Shown: positions 62,001 to 64,000 of the stretch, piece by piece
How the letters are laid out: each line of letters begins with the position of its first letter
Numbering within the stretch: position 1 is the stretch's first letter
Assembly: GCA_964612665.1 (NCBI GenBank)
Contig: CAZTCI010000001.1
Location: 508,896 to 572,895, forward strand
Reading direction: 5' to 3'
Origin: an uncultured Planctomycetales bacterium
GTDB lineage: Bacteria > Omnitrophota > Gorgyraeia > Zapsychrales > JAHFFX01
Length of the DNA: 64,000 nt
Made by a program: the position numbers and the translations under genes
The notes under the pieces: generated by a model
What the model saw: the letters and a program-made list of their open reading frames with translations, nothing else
Told to the model about the DNA's origin: nothing
Databases searched by the model: none

Positions 62001-64000
62001 ATTCCTGTAGCTCAATGCCCTGGCTAATCGCTTGCTTTTCAAGTTCGTTTCTTACTAAAGGATTGATTTCATCGAGAGTCTTAAATTTCTGTTCAATAAC
62101 ATCATCATCAAATCCAAGGAAATACAAGATACGCTCCAAAGCAGCACGCAAAACGTCAAGAGGGGCAAATGAATCTGCATCGTCGAGATGACGCAGCGAT
62201 TCTCTAAAATCCTCAACGTCAATGAATAAATTCATCGACGAAGAGAAGAGTGTCAGTGTGGGGGCAAACCGGATGGTGTCTTCAATGACCTGAATGGCTT
62301 CTTCGACCAATGGAGGAATGGAATAATAACGATCAAAACTGGACTCATCGGCGACTTTCTTCTTTTGAAGTTGATTCAACTTAGTCGTGAAGTCTTTTTG
62401 CTGGGCCTTGAATTGTGCGGCGAGCTCTCCATATTGTAATTCCAAAGTGTTAATCCGGGTTTTGGTGGCATCAGAAACCTTTTGTTGATCTTGCTTTATG
62501 ATATTTAATAATCCTCGGCTCCATCGCATCAAAACTTCGCATTTTTCCACAAATCTTTTCTGCGATTCAATAATGGCATTCACATCTTGTAAATCTGTTT
62601 CGGTGATTGTCGGCTGACCATGTCTCAAAATTATTAAGAACTGGCCTGCTTGCATTTCAAAAGCTTCAATTTCCAACGCCACGATCGCTTCATACCCGGC
62701 GGTGATGACTTGTTGAACAGAAGCGGTCAACTGCGCAAATTCATTTTGAATGACAGAAATATCTTCGGTCCAGCCATTCTCAATCCCCGTCGCAATTTCT
62801 TTTAACAAAGCAACCGCGTGGCCGATTGATTGCAAATGATTCTTAACTTCTGTCTGCCTCCCTTCGATCACATCCATTTGATCCAAAACGTCTTTTTGTT
62901 CGCTCCAGGGCTTTGTCGGATCGATATGGCGTGTCAGCTGCACAACAGGCCAGCTGGCCACGACAGTGGATAACGTTTGAATTTCCGTCTGAGTTCTTGC
63001 GATCAGTCCGGAAATTGAAATCTTTTCTTGTGACTCCAAACGAAATGGATCTCTCACCAATACATCCATATCCTTCGGTTCCGACGGATTAGCCGCCTCC
63101 AACGCTTCTTGAATCAACGCGCTCACCGCGGATTCATCCATTTCCAGAATTTTTCCGGCTTCTTCAATTTCCAACGACGCCACGGCGATCAAATCTGAAT
63201 CCCCTTCGGTATTTTTATAACTCAACAATCGGCTGCCCCATAATGTAAATTCATGTTCAATCAGCGTGCTTAAAAAGATCGACTCGCTGTGATCGATGAT
63301 GGATTTTAGACGTTGGAATTCCGATGAGCTCGGATTGCGAAAGGCCTCGCGAATGCGTTTGGCGGCGCGTCGTTCAACAAATGCGGCTTCTTCACCTTCC
63401 ACATATTGCCTGAGGAAGAACTGTTCGACATCCTCAATACTCTGCATGGCCTTGACGCTTTGAACCAATGCCTCAGATAAATTCGCATTTGGCATTGAAT
63501 CTCCATTGGTCTCAGAGATATCTTCAACCTGGATATATCTCAACAACCGCTCATCCAATCGACGAATCATGTCGACTTCACTCACGGGATCGAGAATATC
63601 CCCGAGCACTCTCATAAGAATATCATTTATTCCTATCTTGGCGCGGGGGCTGTTAATGTCTTTCCTAAGCGTGTAATACAATAAAGTGATCTCCCGTTGG
63701 CGCCATTCGTATTGGAAAAAAATGCGATGGTCGCTCCACGGCAATTCCTGAATATGAGTCTCTGCGAAAATACTTGTGAACGCCTTTCCGATACTTTTCG
63801 GCTCGATCATCTGATTAACCCCACTGATCCAACGGGCGAGTTGATCCAAAATTTGATTTGTTTGATCGGCTGTCAATTCGTTAAACATCTGGCGATAAAA
63901 CGCAAGCGAATACCGCAGGGTTAATGGTAGAATCGCCGTCGTTCGAATCTCCGACGATTCATGGACCTGACCATTTCCATTATTTTTGATCGATTCTTTT
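47062..64000 (-). CDS. Giant ORF-A, 5'-partial: the N-terminus lies beyond 64000 and the ORF ends at TGA 47062-47064. It is in the same frame as ORF-B and may be the same gene if the TGA is read through or recoded. At least 5,646 codons lie in the window.
   Basis: Aligned-frame scans at 47.1-47.4, 50.0, 52.0, 55.1, 58.1, 61.6, 61.7 and 63.66-63.96 kb found no stop. The translation is protein-like, with TM helices, an XRE HTH at about 59.7 kb and coiled-coil segments. The C-terminal peptide before the stop reads ...LIILIQFLIWSWSGNGHGGPG*. Confidence 0.75.
59700..59830 (-). other. XRE-type HTH in ORF-A.
   Basis: LARQGLATKLGMSGNSIRRIENNLQF. Block 59761-59820 was translated directly. Confidence 0.5.

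Noticed and set aside
1-64000. Alternative genetic code (code 4/25, TGA=Trp/Gly, or stop-reassigned phage) as the explanation for the lack of long standard ORFs in the track.
   Set aside because: The giant frame contains essentially no stop triplets of any kind, with one TGA in about 21k codons, rather than frequent in-frame TGA or TAG. The nested plus-strand TA genes terminate normally with TAA/TGA. The track is empty because the ORF runs off both window edges, not because of recoding.
1-64000. Many ordinary adjacent genes that merely happen to lack stops.
   Set aside because: Independent genes would fall in all three frames. Here all minus-strand coding over 64 kb is in one phase. The absence of TTA/CTA/TCA on the plus strand is phase-specific, because they are common at other phases, which indicates selection on a single reading frame.
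1-64000. CRISPR arrays, rRNA/tRNA genes, IS elements with inverted repeats.
   Set aside because: No short regularly spaced repeats with unique spacers, no rRNA/tRNA-like conserved stretches, and no terminal inverted repeats with a transposase were seen. All repeats found are in-frame coding duplications.

Overview
The window is dominated by one stop-free reading frame on the minus strand, codon-aligned to plus positions 3k+1..3k+3. I translated it by hand without interruption from 1 to about 13,800, and spot-checked it at roughly 17–23, 26, 30–35, 36–39, 42–47, 50–62 and 63.6–64 kb. Every minus-strand ORF in the supplied track lies in the other two frames, and none exceeds 121 aa. The only in-frame stop I found in the aligned frame is a TGA at 47062-47064. 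Both ends run off the window. So the window is either one giant gene of more than 21,000 codons with a single in-frame TGA, or two adjacent co-framed giant ORFs of at least 5.6k and 15.6k codons. The encoded protein is modular and polyprotein-like. Each module begins with Met plus a hydrophobic TM helix and is followed by an unrelated globular domain. Domains I can recognise include a CheY-like receiver, a Rossmann SAM-methyltransferase, an AceE-type 2-oxoacid dehydrogenase E1, tandem LuxR-type and XRE-type HTH arrays, an FAD/NAD(P) Rossmann domain, a histidine-kinase HATPase core, a SecA-like SF2 ATPase, a RadC/JAB HNHP metalloprotease motif and a Pol-X-like HhH. Short near-identical peptides (GHQPRRLN; SPTxGVGKVEKLxA) and about 70-210 bp DNA direct repeats recur at module junctions. 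Two toxin-antitoxin pairs lie on the opposite (plus) strand, antisense to and fully nested inside the giant ORF: BrnT/BrnA at 10801-11325 and a VapB/PIN-VapC pair at 38200-38842. The giant frame stays open across both, because TTA/CTA/TCA are absent from the plus strand at the aligned codon phase only. I see no rRNA, tRNA, CRISPR array or intergenic promoter/terminator space.
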